From NCBI GenBank assembly GCA_029820945.1, contig JALGUJ010000010.1:6782-70781 (forward strand): a DNA stretch of 64,000 nt. Reading direction: 5' to 3'. The position numbers and the translations under genes were made by a program. This document shows, in pieces, positions 54,353-64,000 of the stretch (the stretch's first letter is position 1; each line of letters starts with the position of its first letter). Source of the DNA: Candidatus Zipacnadia bacterium. Lineage in GTDB: Bacteria; Armatimonadota; Zipacnadia; Zipacnadales; UBA5352. Under the pieces are notes generated by a model. The model was not told the DNA's origin. It saw only the letters and a program-made list of their open reading frames with translations, and ran no database searches.

Positions 54353-55615
54353 GTGAATGCGCGCAAGGCGGATGACGATGTGGTCGGGACGACCTTCGAG
54401 CGCTACGAGCGCTACCTCAACCCCGGCATGGCTCAGATCGTCAAGTTCATGGGCTTCGAGACGGTCGAGGTTGGGTCCGAAGGCTGCTACGTACAGACCG
54501 CCGACGGAAAGCGCTACCTCGACTGCCTGGGCGGCCCCGGCGTCTTCAGCATGGGGCACAGCCCGCCGACCATCATCGAGGCCGTGCACAGGCAGCTTGA
54601 GCGCATGCCGCTCTCGAGCCACCTGCTGCTGAACCCGGTGACGGCGGAGCTGGCCGAGCGCATGGCCGAGGTGACGCCGGGCGATCTGCAGTACAGCTTC
54701 TTCTGCAACAGCGGCGCGGAGGCGGTCGAGGGGGCGCTCAAGGCCGCACGCGCGTACACGCGCAGGACAGAGATCGTCTCCACCGTCGGGGGGTTCCACG
54801 GCAAGACCTACGGCGCGTTGTCGGCCTCTGGCCGCGACGTCTACAGGGAGCCCTTCAAGCCTCTGCTGCCAGGGTTCACGCACGTGCCCTACGGGGACGC
54901 CGAGGCCCTGCGCGGGGCGGTGACCTCTGAGACGGCCGCCGTCATCCTCGAGCCGATCCAGGCCGAGGGCGGGGTGAGGGTCCCGCCGAGCGGGTACCTC
55001 ACGGCGGCGCGGGAGGTCTGCGACGAAGCCGGGGCGCTGCTCATCCTCGACGAGGTGCAGACCGGGCTGGCCCGTACGGGCAGGATGTGGGGCTGCGATT
55101 GGGAGGGCGTGGTGCCCGACATCATGACCAGCGGCAAGGCGCTGGGGGGCGGCGTCATGCCCCTGGCGGCATTCACCGCCACGCCCGAGGTCTGGGGGAT
55201 CTTCGAGGAGAACCCCTACGTGCACACCTCGACCTTCGGCGGCAACCCGCTGGCGTGCGCCGCCGCGCTGGCGGCGCTCGACGCCGTCGAGGAGCTGGGG
55301 CTGTGCGAGGCGGCGAACGAGCGCGGCAAGCAGCTCATCGACGGGCTGCGCCACGCGGCGGCTGATGACGGGGAGATGGTCGCCGAGATCCGGGGCCGCG
55401 GGCTGCTGATCGGCGCGGAGTTCACCGACCCGGACATCGCCGGCCTGGTCATCGCGACCCTCTCGGCCCACGACATCCTGGCGGCCTACACGCTGAACAA
55501 CCCGAGCGTCATCCGGTTCGAGCCGCCCTTGATCATCACGGGCGATCAGGTCAACCAGGTGGTGGAGGCCTTCGCCAAGGCGCTGGCAAGCACTGCGGCA
55601 ATGCTCACACAATAG
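54353..55615 (+). CDS. class III pyridoxal-phosphate aminotransferase (putrescine / acetylornithine / GABA aminotransferase family)
   Basis: Motifs FFCNSGAEAVEGALK, LILDEVQTGLARTG, SGKALGGGVMP (PLP lysine) and TSTFGGNPLACAAA. The start is uncertain: GTG 54353 or the track's TTG 54278. Confidence 0.85.
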   Translation: MNARKADDDVVGTTFERYERYLNPGMAQIVKFMGFETVEVGSEGCYVQTADGKRYLDCLGGPGVFSMGHSPPTIIEAVHRQLERMPLSSHLLLNPVTAELAERMAEVTPGDLQYSFFCNSGAEAVEGALKAARAYTRRTEIVSTVGGFHGKTYGALSASGRDVYREPFKPLLPGFTHVPYGDAEALRGAVTSETAAVILEPIQAEGGVRVPPSGYLTAAREVCDEAGALLILDEVQTGLARTGRMWGCDWEGVVPDIMTSGKALGGGVMPLAAFTATPEVWGIFEENPYVHTSTFGGNPLACAAALAALDAVEELGLCEAANERGKQLIDGLRHAAADDGEMVAEIRGRGLLIGAEFTDPDIAGLVIATLSAHDILAAYTLNNPSVIRFEPPLIITGDQVNQVVEAFAKALASTAAMLTQ

Positions 55616-55656
55616 CGCGGCAACCAGGGGGGCATGAGGGGGCGGGAGGAGCGGCG

Positions 55657-56727
55657 ATGACCGATACGAAGCGACTCGCGGCACTGATCGTGGCACTTGG
55701 GCTGCTCGTCGCCGTGATGGCGGGGTGCCGGGGAGCGCCCGGCCCTGCTGAGGAGGCCGGGGTCATCGAGGCGCAGGAAGCGCCGGCCGAGCCGGTGTCC
55801 CAGCGCAAGGTGCTGGTGCTCTGCTATCACGCGATGTCGCCGGACGCCGAGGGCACGTTCGATGTTCCCACCGGTGACTTCGCCGAGCAGCTCAAGACGA
55901 TCCACGAAGGGGGATACGAGAGCGTGCTTCCATCGCAGATCGCCGACTACCTCGAGGGAAGGGCCGACCTGCCCGAGAAGGCGGTCTGCTTCGGCTTCGA
56001 CGACGGCCCCGAGAGCATCCTGACCGAGAGCAAGCCGCTGATGGACCAACACGGCTACACCGGCGCGGCGTTCCTGATCTCGGATTCGGTCGGTGGCACG
56101 GGGCAGCTCGACTGGGACCAGGTGCGCGAGCTGGAGGCCGCCGGCTGGGAGATCGGCTCGCACACCGTCAGCCACGCCAGGCCCACGAAGATCGACCGGG
56201 CCGAGTGCATGGAGGAGTTCCGGGGCTCGAAGGAGACCATCGCGGCGAACATCGACGGCGAGTGCGCGGCGCTGGCGTATCCCTATGGGCTCTACGACGC
56301 GTCCGTGATGGAGTGCGCCCGCGAGGCGGGCTACCGCATTGCATTCACCATCGATCGCGGGCCCGCGGACTGGAGCGACGACCCCATGCGAGTGCCGCGG
56401 CAGATGGTGGTCAACGGCAACTCACTCAGGACCCTCTCGACCTGGCTGGCCCAGGACAAGCTGCATCTGGAGCAGATCGACCCACCCATCGGCGAGCGCG
56501 TGAGCACCACCCCGACCATCACCGCGGCGCTGGCGGACGAGGATGTGACACCGGGGAGCGTCGAGATCAGCTGCGACGGCAATCCCGTCTCCTGCGACGC
56601 CGGCGCGGATGCGCGCACCATCACCTTCTCCCCGGAGCTGCGGGAGGGGGCGAATAACATCAGGCTCACCTACTACGGCAGCCCCCGCCGCGAAGTATCG
56701 TGGTTGGTCGTTGCGGAGCCGAACTGA
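55657..56727 (+). CDS. polysaccharide deacetylase (CE4 / NodB homology domain) lipoprotein with a C-terminal beta-sandwich domain
   Basis: Lipobox VMAGC. Motifs FGFDDGP, GSHTVSH and LAYPYG are the NodB motifs. Confidence 0.85.
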   Translation: MTDTKRLAALIVALGLLVAVMAGCRGAPGPAEEAGVIEAQEAPAEPVSQRKVLVLCYHAMSPDAEGTFDVPTGDFAEQLKTIHEGGYESVLPSQIADYLEGRADLPEKAVCFGFDDGPESILTESKPLMDQHGYTGAAFLISDSVGGTGQLDWDQVRELEAAGWEIGSHTVSHARPTKIDRAECMEEFRGSKETIAANIDGECAALAYPYGLYDASVMECAREAGYRIAFTIDRGPADWSDDPMRVPRQMVVNGNSLRTLSTWLAQDKLHLEQIDPPIGERVSTTPTITAALADEDVTPGSVEISCDGNPVSCDAGADARTITFSPELREGANNIRLTYYGSPRREVSWLVVAEPN

Positions 56728-56731
56728 GACT

Positions 56732-58894
56732 ATGAGACCGGGACGCGACCGCCCGCCAGAGATCGCCGGGCAGCGGCTGCGAACCAGCAGCGTCTCTCCC
56801 GCCGGGCAGCGCCGTCGCGCCCAGGCGCGACAGCGGTCGATGTGCTGCTGCGCGAGCATGCTGGTGTTCTGCGTCCTGATCGTCGTGTTGGCCTTCCGCG
56901 GCTGGATCGGCCGGGCACTGGCCCGCGACCCCGACGGGCACACTCAGGCCGCGAAGGTGCAGTTCCCCATCGAGATCGAGGTCGCTCGCGACGCATTCTG
57001 GCGCTACGACCTCGTCCCCGTGACCGTTCGTGTCGTCGATGCCCGCGGTGAGCCGCGCTCGGATACCCCCCCCAGCGTCGTCGTTACGCACAAGGACGAG
57101 GTCGTTGACACGGTGGGGGCGTACGGCGAGAGCGTGAGGCTTACCTGGGACGAGCAGCAGAAGGCGTGGCGCGGCAACTGGCCCCCGCCGTGGAACCCCG
57201 AGCCGGGGCACTACCGGTTCAGGGCCACGGTCGCCATCGACCCGGCGGCGTGGTCGTGGGAGGAGGCGCGGATCGAGGACGAGGAGGGCGAGATCACGCC
57301 CGCGGGAGAGGCCTATGCCGAGGCGCTGGCCGCCTTCGAGATTCAGGCCCGACCACAGCCGAAGGTCGAGCCCGGAATGTGCGTTGCGACCTGGGAGTTC
57401 GACTTCAAGTCGCGCTTCAAGGGCCCGGACGATAGGACGGGTGACTGGACGAAGCTGTTCGAGTGGGTGGAGTACATCGGCGCGGATACGCTCTGGTTCC
57501 GTGCCGCCGTGACCGCTCCGCCCGATGAGGGCCTCTCCCTGGCGCAGCCCTTCAGGCCCGTTAACCTGGAGGCCGTGCCGCGGTTGGGCGCGGAGGCTCA
57601 CCGCCGCGGGCTGAAGTTCGGCACGTGGGCGACCGCCTACGCGACGTACCCGCACACGGACGAGGGCAAGAACCCCGATTACCGGTACTCGATCGACATC
57701 TCTCGCAGCACCGGTCAGACGAGGGAAACGAACTACGTCTCGCTCTACGACGAGCGGCGGGTGGAGCACCTGGCTGACTTCTTCCGCCAGATGCAGGCGT
57801 GCGAGCACGTGGATATGGTGGGGCTGGACTACATGCGCACCGACCCGGGCTCGGGCGGCTACGAGCTGGTGGAGCGCTTCACCTCCGAGATGCCCGTTAA
57901 GCTTCCCGAGGCCTGGGAGAGCTGGAGCGAGCGCCGGCGCCAGCAGTACGTGGCGCTGAAGGTGGAGGAGGAGTACCAGAGCGACCCGAAGTTCTACGAA
58001 TGCTGGAACTGGTGGCGGGCGCACATGGGCGCCGGGATCGTCCGCCGGATCATCGAGAAGAGCGGCGTCGAGAAGCCGACCTGGATCTTCGTGCTCTCCT
58101 GGTTGCATGGGATGCAGCACGGCCAGGACCCGCTGATGTTCACCGACTCGGGCGTCACCATGCTCGCGCCCATGCTCTACCAGGTGGATGATCGCCTCCA
58201 CTACGACGAGATGGTCAAGCACTGGAACGAGTACGTCCGGGCGGGTCAGGTGAACCTGGCGGTCGGCGACCAGGTGGACTTCCACTGGCACCAGGAGACG
58301 AGGGATCCGCCGGCCCCGGCCGAGCTCTACGACCGCATAGTCACCGCCCACCGGCGGTACATCCAGGACGGCAGCACCCAGGGCGCGTTCTGGCACGACA
58401 TCAACCGGGCGGCCGATCCACACAACCTCGGGCCGTACACCGGCCGCGAGTGGGCGCTGGCCGGCGCGGCGGCCTTCAGCACCGTGCGCGATACCTGGGG
58501 CGTCCTCCCCCTGCGGGCCACGCTCACCGCGCCCGACAGCGCCACCATTGCCAAGGCATTCGGCGTGAAGGTAAAGCTACAGAACCTCACGAACAGGCCC
58601 GTGAGTGGCGTGCGCCTGTCGCTGTGCGATACACAGCACATGGTCGGGCCCTATTTGACCGAGGCCGCGGAGGGCGAGCTCTTCGGTGAGCCGTTCGTGA
58701 AGGTGGGCACCGTCCGGGCCTCGGAGGCGGTCGAGGTGCCGCTGCAGGTGCGCATCACCCAGCCCGACGCGCGGCTGCTAAACGAGACGATGCTGGCCCT
58801 GCGCATCACCTGGGACGAGGGGAACTACGAGCCGCCGGTGCGCAACGACCTGCCGCGCACGATCGTGGTGATGAAGTACATCAGGGGCACCTAG
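56732..58894 (+). CDS. membrane-anchored hypothetical protein, possible glycoside-hydrolase-like TIM barrel plus C-terminal beta-sandwich
   Basis: N-terminal TM segment MLVFCVLIVVLAF. The central region (ADTLWFRAA..., GLKFGTWATAY, VDMVGLDYMR) resembles GH-like (GHL) TIM-barrel families. The start is 56732 or an internal ATG near 56840. Confidence 0.5.
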   Translation: MRPGRDRPPEIAGQRLRTSSVSPAGQRRRAQARQRSMCCCASMLVFCVLIVVLAFRGWIGRALARDPDGHTQAAKVQFPIEIEVARDAFWRYDLVPVTVRVVDARGEPRSDTPPSVVVTHKDEVVDTVGAYGESVRLTWDEQQKAWRGNWPPPWNPEPGHYRFRATVAIDPAAWSWEEARIEDEEGEITPAGEAYAEALAAFEIQARPQPKVEPGMCVATWEFDFKSRFKGPDDRTGDWTKLFEWVEYIGADTLWFRAAVTAPPDEGLSLAQPFRPVNLEAVPRLGAEAHRRGLKFGTWATAYATYPHTDEGKNPDYRYSIDISRSTGQTRETNYVSLYDERRVEHLADFFRQMQACEHVDMVGLDYMRTDPGSGGYELVERFTSEMPVKLPEAWESWSERRRQQYVALKVEEEYQSDPKFYECWNWWRAHMGAGIVRRIIEKSGVEKPTWIFVLSWLHGMQHGQDPLMFTDSGVTMLAPMLYQVDDRLHYDEMVKHWNEYVRAGQVNLAVGDQVDFHWHQETRDPPAPAELYDRIVTAHRRYIQDGSTQGAFWHDINRAADPHNLGPYTGREWALAGAAAFSTVRDTWGVLPLRATLTAPDSATIAKAFGVKVKLQNLTNRPVSGVRLSLCDTQHMVGPYLTEAAEGELFGEPFVKVGTVRASEAVEVPLQVRITQPDARLLNETMLALRITWDEGNYEPPVRNDLPRTIVVMKYIRGT

Positions 58895-58934
58895 TCCCAG
58901 CCAGTGCCGGCCACATAGCCGGGAGACGACAACG

Positions 58935-59753
58935 ATGCGCGTATCGATCATCTCCGACGAGATCTCGTGTGACCCCGTGACGGCGGCCGAGCTGGCCGCG
59001 GAGTGGGGTATCCCCCACCTGGAGCTGCGCAGCTTCTACGCGGCCCGGGCGCCGCGAGGCATGACGGCCGCCGACATCCGGCTCGTCAGCCAGGCCGCGG
59101 CCGCTTTCGGCCTCGACGTGCCGTCGATCTCCCCGGGCCTGTTCAAGATCGGGCTTGAGGACCCGAAGATTGCCGAGCACCGTGGCGAGCTGAGAGTGCA
59201 GTGCCTGGAGATGGCCGAGACGCTCGGCGCCGAGGTGATGGTGGTCTTCCCGCACATGCGGCATGAGGAGGACCCCGACGACGCGTGGCCGGACGTGGTA
59301 GTGGAGGACCTGCGCGAGACCGCCGAGATGGCCGCGAAGTACGGGATCACCGTCGCGCTGGAGACCGAGAAGCCGTGCTACGGCGCCTCGGGCCAGTCGA
59401 TGGCGAAGCTGCTGGACGAGATCGACCGGCCGAATTGCGGCGCGAACTGGGACCCGGCCAACCACTACGCGTACACCGGCGAGGACTTCCGAGGGGGCTA
59501 TGAGGCGCTCGGCGAGCGCATCGTTCACGTACACGTGAAGGACCACGCGGGCGAGGGCGAGGGGAGGCCGCGCGTCGTGGCGCCGGGCGAGGGCGAGGTG
59601 GACTGGCCCGGACAGGTGCGGGCACTCATCGAGGACGGCTACGAAGGTCTGATGGTCATCGAGACGCACTTCACGCCGAAGGTCGCCGCCAGCCGCGCGT
59701 GCTCCCGGGCGCTGCTCGGGATGCTGCGCGACGCGGGCGAGGCCATCGAATGA
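58935..59753 (+). CDS. xylose-isomerase-like TIM-barrel protein (sugar phosphate isomerase/epimerase)
   Basis: Motifs VALETE, ANWDPANH, VHVHVKD and LMVIETHF. Confidence 0.8.
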   Translation: MRVSIISDEISCDPVTAAELAAEWGIPHLELRSFYAARAPRGMTAADIRLVSQAAAAFGLDVPSISPGLFKIGLEDPKIAEHRGELRVQCLEMAETLGAEVMVVFPHMRHEEDPDDAWPDVVVEDLRETAEMAAKYGITVALETEKPCYGASGQSMAKLLDEIDRPNCGANWDPANHYAYTGEDFRGGYEALGERIVHVHVKDHAGEGEGRPRVVAPGEGEVDWPGQVRALIEDGYEGLMVIETHFTPKVAASRACSRALLGMLRDAGEAIE

Positions 59754-60565
59754 ACCTGCGCAGACTGCTCGGGGTGGATGCCCGGAGCGAGACGATCGGG
59801 GAGAAGCCGACGCCGGTCGGGCAGGATGCCTTCAGCGAGGTTGCGCCTTACTACGACGAGCTGATGGCTGCGGTGCCCTACCGGGGGTGGGTGGACTACG
59901 TCGAGGCGATCCTGCGCCGGCTCGGCGCCGCGCCCCGCGACGTGCTGGACCTGTGCTGCGGCACGGGACAGGTCGGGGCCGAGCTGCTGCGCCGCGGCTA
60001 CAACGCCATCGGAGTGGACCTCTCGGAGGGCATGGTGCGAGGCTGCGCGAGGCGGCGTCCGGGACTGCCGGCCGCGGTCATGGACGCCACGAATCTGGGG
60101 TTGCGTGCCGCGAGCCTCGACCTCGCGGTCTCGCTCTATGACAGCCTGAACTACATCGTCGATCCCGCGGGCCTGCGCTCGTGCTTCCAGGGCGTGGCGC
60201 ACGCGCTGCGCCCGGGCGGGCTGCTGATCTTCGACCTCAACACCGCACGGGCCCTGCGCATCGGGCTGTTTACCCAGACCAATGCGGGGACGACCGAGCC
60301 GCTCTTCTACCGCTGGGAGTCGCACTGGGACGAGGAACGCAGGCTCTGTCGCGTGGACATGTACTTCCGGTGGCGAGGCCCGGGCGAGAAGGCGGAGTTC
60401 ACCGAGAGGCACTACGAACGCGCCTACGAGGAGGACGAGGTGCGGGAGATGCTCGCCGGGGCGGGGATGGAGACGCTTCACGTCTACGATGCCTATGCCT
60501 TCCGCCGGCCGGGCAGCTTCAGCAACCGGGTCTACTACGTGGCGCGCAAGCTGAAGGTGGAATGA
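59750..60565 (+). CDS. class I SAM-dependent methyltransferase
   Basis: Motif I VLDLCCGTG, then AIGVDLSEGM and LRPGGLLIFD. The ATG overlaps the preceding stop (ATGA). Confidence 0.85.
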   Translation: MNLRRLLGVDARSETIGEKPTPVGQDAFSEVAPYYDELMAAVPYRGWVDYVEAILRRLGAAPRDVLDLCCGTGQVGAELLRRGYNAIGVDLSEGMVRGCARRRPGLPAAVMDATNLGLRAASLDLAVSLYDSLNYIVDPAGLRSCFQGVAHALRPGGLLIFDLNTARALRIGLFTQTNAGTTEPLFYRWESHWDEERRLCRVDMYFRWRGPGEKAEFTERHYERAYEEDEVREMLAGAGMETLHVYDAYAFRRPGSFSNRVYYVARKLKVE

Positions 60566-60568
60566 GAC

Positions 60569-61021
60569 ATGTCTGCTTCTGCCGCCGTGAGACTCGGCGC
60601 GCCCCTTCTGCTCGGAGCGCTGGTCGCCACATCGGGCTGCGGAGGCAAGGCGTCGATAGCAGGCAGCAGCCCCAAGGCGACCGCCGAGGCCTTCGTCGAG
60701 CAGATGAAGGCCGGCAACTACGACGTGGTTGCCGCGGGCTTCGAGTACGAGACCTACGCGCGGGCCAACAACGAGAACTGGGACAGCATCCCGGCCGGCC
60801 AGCGCGACCTGATCATCTCGAAGCTCCAGGAGAGGAAGGCAGCGGAGTTGCAGGCCCTGTCGGGGATGATGACCGGCGAGGTCACGGTCGGGGAGGCGCG
60901 GGCCGAGGACGACGCGCAGGTCGTGCCGATCACCGTGGGCGCCAGCACGCTCGACCTGCACATGGTCAGCGTTGAGGGCAACTGGCACATCCGGCAGATG
61001 GTCGAGCGCGCGCGGGGGTAG
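60569..61021 (+). CDS. small lipoprotein, NTF2/DUF4878-like
   Basis: Lipobox LVATSGC. About 125-aa mature domain with the pattern A..F...MK.GNYD. Confidence 0.6.
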   Translation: MSASAAVRLGAPLLLGALVATSGCGGKASIAGSSPKATAEAFVEQMKAGNYDVVAAGFEYETYARANNENWDSIPAGQRDLIISKLQERKAAELQALSGMMTGEVTVGEARAEDDAQVVPITVGASTLDLHMVSVEGNWHIRQMVERARG

Positions 61022-61083
61022 TTTCAGGCGCCGGGCGTGCGCCGCATGAGGGCCGAAGGCCGCGGGCATAGGGAGGGTCTTGC

Positions 61084-64000
61084 ATGTCCATCGACGGTCT
61101 GCGCAGGGAGTTCGTTGACCCGGGGAACGAGTTCCGCTTCGCCCCGTTCTGGTTCATCAACCACGAGCTGACCGAGGAGGAGACGCGCTGGCAGGTGCGG
61201 GAGATGTGCCGCCAGGGCGTGGGCGGCTTCATCTACCACCCCCGCCACGGACTCATCACCGAGTACCTGTCCGACGAGTTCCTCGACAACTGCGCCGCCG
61301 CCATCGACGAGGCCCGGAAGCTGGGCATGACGGCCTACCTCTACGACGAGAACAACTGGCCATCCGGCCCGGCCGACGCCATGGTCTTCGAGGGGCACCC
61401 CGAGTACCGCATGTCCGGCGCGCGGGTCTCCGACCGCTTCGACCTGGATCCGCGCGGCCCGGGCGGGCGGGAGCTTGCCATCGACGACGAGCTGATTGCG
61501 GTCATCGGCGTGCCCCTGGAGGGCGGCAGGCCCGCCGGCTTCCCCGAGAGCGCCGTGAACCTCGCCGAGGCCGTGACGGACGGGGTCCTCACCTGGACCC
61601 CCAGCCGCAGCGAGGGCGAGTGGCGCGTCTACGTCATCTCCCGGCGCTGGCTGGTGGGCACCTTCTTCGGGTCCTACCTGGATACGCTCAATGCGGACGC
61701 GGTGCGCCGCTTCATCGAGCTGACGCATGAGAGGTACCGCGAGCGTTTCGAGGAGCACTTCGGCGCCACCGTTCAGGGGATCTTCACCGACGAGCCGAAC
61801 ATGAACTTCAACCCGGACGACTGCGTGCCGTGGACGGCGACGCTGCCGGCAGAGTTCGAGTGGCGCAAGCACTACGACCTGCTCACGGCCCTGCCGGCGA
61901 TGTTCGAGGAGATGGGGCCGGAGACGGCGCGCGTCCGCTGCGACTTCTGGGATGTCGCCACCGACGTCTACGCCAACGCCTACTTCCGCCAGATCTACGA
62001 GTGGTGCGACGCGGTGCGGCTCAACCTGATGGGGCACGTCAACTGCGAGGGCGAGATGGTCAATCACGCCCGCCAGCAGGGCGACTTCTTCCGCGGCGCG
62101 CGGTACATGCACTGGGGCGGTTGCGACTACCTGCGCGAGAACACCTGGCCGATCGGCAACGAGGTCTACAACGTGCTGGCGGCCGGCAAGTTCGCTTCCT
62201 CCGCCGCCCACCTGCTGGGCAAGCGCATCGTGGGCAGCGAGTGCTTCGGCCTGGCCAGCCAGTGGGCGATCGACCTGCGCAACCTCAAGTGGATGAGCGA
62301 CTTCCAGTTCGTGCTCGGCATCAACCAGCTCGAGCCCCACGCCTTCTACTACTCGATCCAGGGCTTCCGCAAGTGGGAGTGCCCGCCCGGCGAGTTCTAC
62401 CAGAGCCCCTTCTGGCCCTGGTACGACACGCTCGCCGACTACGTGGGGCGGGTGTCGGCGGTGCTGCGCGACGGCAGGCACATCGCGGACGCGGCGCACT
62501 TCTACCCCGTCAAGTCTTTCTGGGCCGAGATGGACCCGGGCGACAACGACAGGGCCGAGGAGCTGCGGCGCAGCTTCAACCGGTGCGGGCGGCTGCTCAT
62601 GCAGATCAACGCGGACTTCGACTACGTCTCGGAGGAGATGCTGCAGCGCGCGGACTTCGACGGCGGGGAGATCGCCGTGAAGCCGCCCGACTCCGACGAA
62701 GTCGCCGAGCGCTTCCGGGTGCTGGTCATGCCCGCCTGCACCACCATCTCGCGCGACACCGCCGACGCCCTGCGACGCTTCGTGGACGCGGGCGGGCGGA
62801 TCATCGCCCTGGGCGAGCTGCCGAGTAAGTCAGTCGAGCAGGGCGAGGACGAGCACATCCGGGAGACGTTGGAAGGCATCTTCGGCGAGGAGTACGAGCT
62901 GTCGATGTCGGTCGCGGCGGCCGACGCGCCGGTGGTGGGCGGGGAGCTGGCGCCGGGCTGGCGGGGCGGCGCGCTGATCGGATACCCATTCGAGGGCGAG
63001 GACGAGGAGGTCATCGGCCACTTCGCGCAGGCCTTCGAGGCCGCCGTTGATCCCGATGTCCGGGTGCGCGACCCCGAGGGCCGCCTCATCCCCGACGTGG
63101 TCCACTACCACTACGAGCGGGAGGGCCGGCACTTCTTCCTGCTGCAGAACACCTCGCGCGAGACGCGCTATGAGCTGACCGCCGTCCTGCGCATGGCCGG
63201 GGAGGTGGAGATCTGGAACCCCGAGGACGGCTCCATCGAGCCCGCGATGGTCGCGCGTGGCGAGCCGGGGCATCTGCACGTGCCGCTGGCGGTCGAGCCC
63301 ACCGGCTCGGTGCTGCTGTGCGTGCATCCCGAGGCCCAATGTCCATCCACGCCGGTGATCGCCGCCGACCTGCCGGTGGTGGCCGTCGCGGGCGATCATG
63401 TGATCGGGCTTGCGAGCGAGAGCGGCCGGCACTCGGTCACGGTCGGATCCCATGAGGGCGAGCCGCGCGTCATCGAGGCATCGGTGCCACGAATGCCCTA
63501 CGTGGTCGAGCTGGACGACGAGTGGGAGTTCGCGACCGAGAGCCCCAACGCGCTGCCGCTCTCACAGTGGGACTACGAGATGAGCTCCTGGGTGGCCGAC
63601 ACCGACCGGGACGTAGCCGAGCACATCTACCGGGCGCGTTTCCACTCCGAGATAGTGCCCGACGACGCCCACCTGCTGCTGGACGGCCTCGCCGTGGAGA
63701 AGGTCTGGGAGCGCAGCACGATCGTCGGCTTCGAGCTGCTGGTCAACGGCGACACAGTGGCGCGCAGCGTGGGCGCCCGAGGAGAGACCGGCATAGAGGG
63801 CATGGAGCCCGGCGAGTACCTCGACCACTACATCTACGAGGCGGACATCGACGGGCTGATCATCGAGGGCCCCAACGTCATCGAGGTCCGCACGCGCGGG
63901 CAGCTCTACGAGACGCCGAGTCTCGCACACCCGCTCATCATCGTGGGGCGCTTCGCCGTTGGGAAGAATGACGGAGGGCCCGCGCTGCTGGCCGAGCCCG
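61084..64000 (+). CDS. large glycoside-hydrolase-like protein (GH106 / jelly-roll glycosylhydrolase-like), 3'-truncated by the window edge
   Basis: Not in the supplied ORF track because it has no stop in the window. I translated frame 1 by hand from ATG 61084 through 64000 and found no stop. The product starts MSIDGLRREFVDPGNEFRFAPFWFINHELTEEE..GVGGFIYHPRHGL and continues ..SYLDTLNADAVRRFIELTHERY..GIFTDEPNM..LEPHAFYYS. Ordinary composition. Confidence 0.8.
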   Translation, partial: MSIDGLRREFVDPGNEFRFAPFWFINHELTEEETRWQVREMCRQGVGGFIYHPRHGLITEYLSDEFLDNCAAAIDEARKLGMTAYLYDENNWPSGPADAMVFEGHPEYRMSGARVSDRFDLDPRGPGGRELAIDDELIAVIGVPLEGGRPAGFPESAVNLAEAVTDGVLTWTPSRSEGEWRVYVISRRWLVGTFFGSYLDTLNADAVRRFIELTHERYRERFEEHFGATVQGIFTDEPNMNFNPDDCVPWTATLPAEFEWRKHYDLLTALPAMFEEMGPETARVRCDFWDVATDVYANAYFRQIYEWCDAVRLNLMGHVNCEGEMVNHARQQGDFFRGARYMHWGGCDYLRENTWPIGNEVYNVLAAGKFASSAAHLLGKRIVGSECFGLASQWAIDLRNLKWMSDFQFVLGINQLEPHAFYYSIQGFRKWECPPGEFYQSPFWPWYDTLADYVGRVSAVLRDGRHIADAAHFYPVKSFWAEMDPGDNDRAEELRRSFNRCGRLLMQINADFDYVSEEMLQRADFDGGEIAVKPPDSDEVAERFRVLVMPACTTISRDTADALRRFVDAGGRIIALGELPSKSVEQGEDEHIRETLEGIFGEEYELSMSVAAADAPVVGGELAPGWRGGALIGYPFEGEDEEVIGHFAQAFEAAVDPDVRVRDPEGRLIPDVVHYHYEREGRHFFLLQNTSRETRYELTAVLRMAGEVEIWNPEDGSIEPAMVARGEPGHLHVPLAVEPTGSVLLCVHPEAQCPSTPVIAADLPVVAVAGDHVIGLASESGRHSVTVGSHEGEPRVIEASVPRMPYVVELDDEWEFATESPNALPLSQWDYEMSSWVADTDRDVAEHIYRARFHSEIVPDDAHLLLDGLAVEKVWERSTIVGFELLVNGDTVARSVGARGETGIEGMEPGEYLDHYIYEADIDGLIIEGPNVIEVRTRGQLYETPSLAHPLIIVGRFAVGKNDGGPALLAEP

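Overview
High-GC (about 68%) bacterial chromosomal segment, densely packed: about 50 protein genes and 2 tRNAs. I found no rRNA, CRISPR array, transposase or prophage genes. All family calls come from reading the translated ORFs by eye. No database search was run, and start codons are best guesses based on SD-like motifs and N-terminal conservation.

The content is a mix of two kinds of genes.

(a) Housekeeping genes: yajC, DUF4446, xerD, recD2, leuCD, der-plsY-gpsA, hup, tRNA-Leu(CAG), tRNA-Pro(GGG), ferritin and sat-cysC.

(b) A large set of glycan-utilisation and envelope genes:
- a GH30-like hydrolase;
- three AXE1-type esterases, two of them tandem paralogs;
- a heparinase II/III-like lyase;
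- a CE4 deacetylase;
- TIM-barrel sugar isomerases;
- two URO-D/MtaA-like proteins;
- two DUF3604/PHP-like paralogs;
- an MFS transporter;
- an M19 dipeptidase.

Two prepilin-type H-X9-DG pseudopilins suggest a PVC-superphylum or Armatimonadota-like organism. That placement is inference only.

The most unusual signals are:
1. A 176-aa PLMP-like+HNH protein (IshB-like architecture). It follows a promoter / structured RNA / terminator unit and precedes a 0.5-kb hairpin-dense non-coding gap. The whole cassette is bracketed by two related GC-rich palindromes.
2. An array of 11 in-phase (G/U)AGU heptads in an intercistronic gap.
3. A same-strand string nikR / pseudopilin / ECF transporter (S, T and A components) in which the S component lacks the CbiM/NikM signature.
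4. sat-cysC coupled to an alkaline-phosphatase-superfamily enzyme and a Wzx-like flippase.

One long real gene (61084 to the window end) is missing from the supplied ORF track because it has no stop inside the window. Many long ORFs in the track are antisense or out-of-frame high-GC artefacts.
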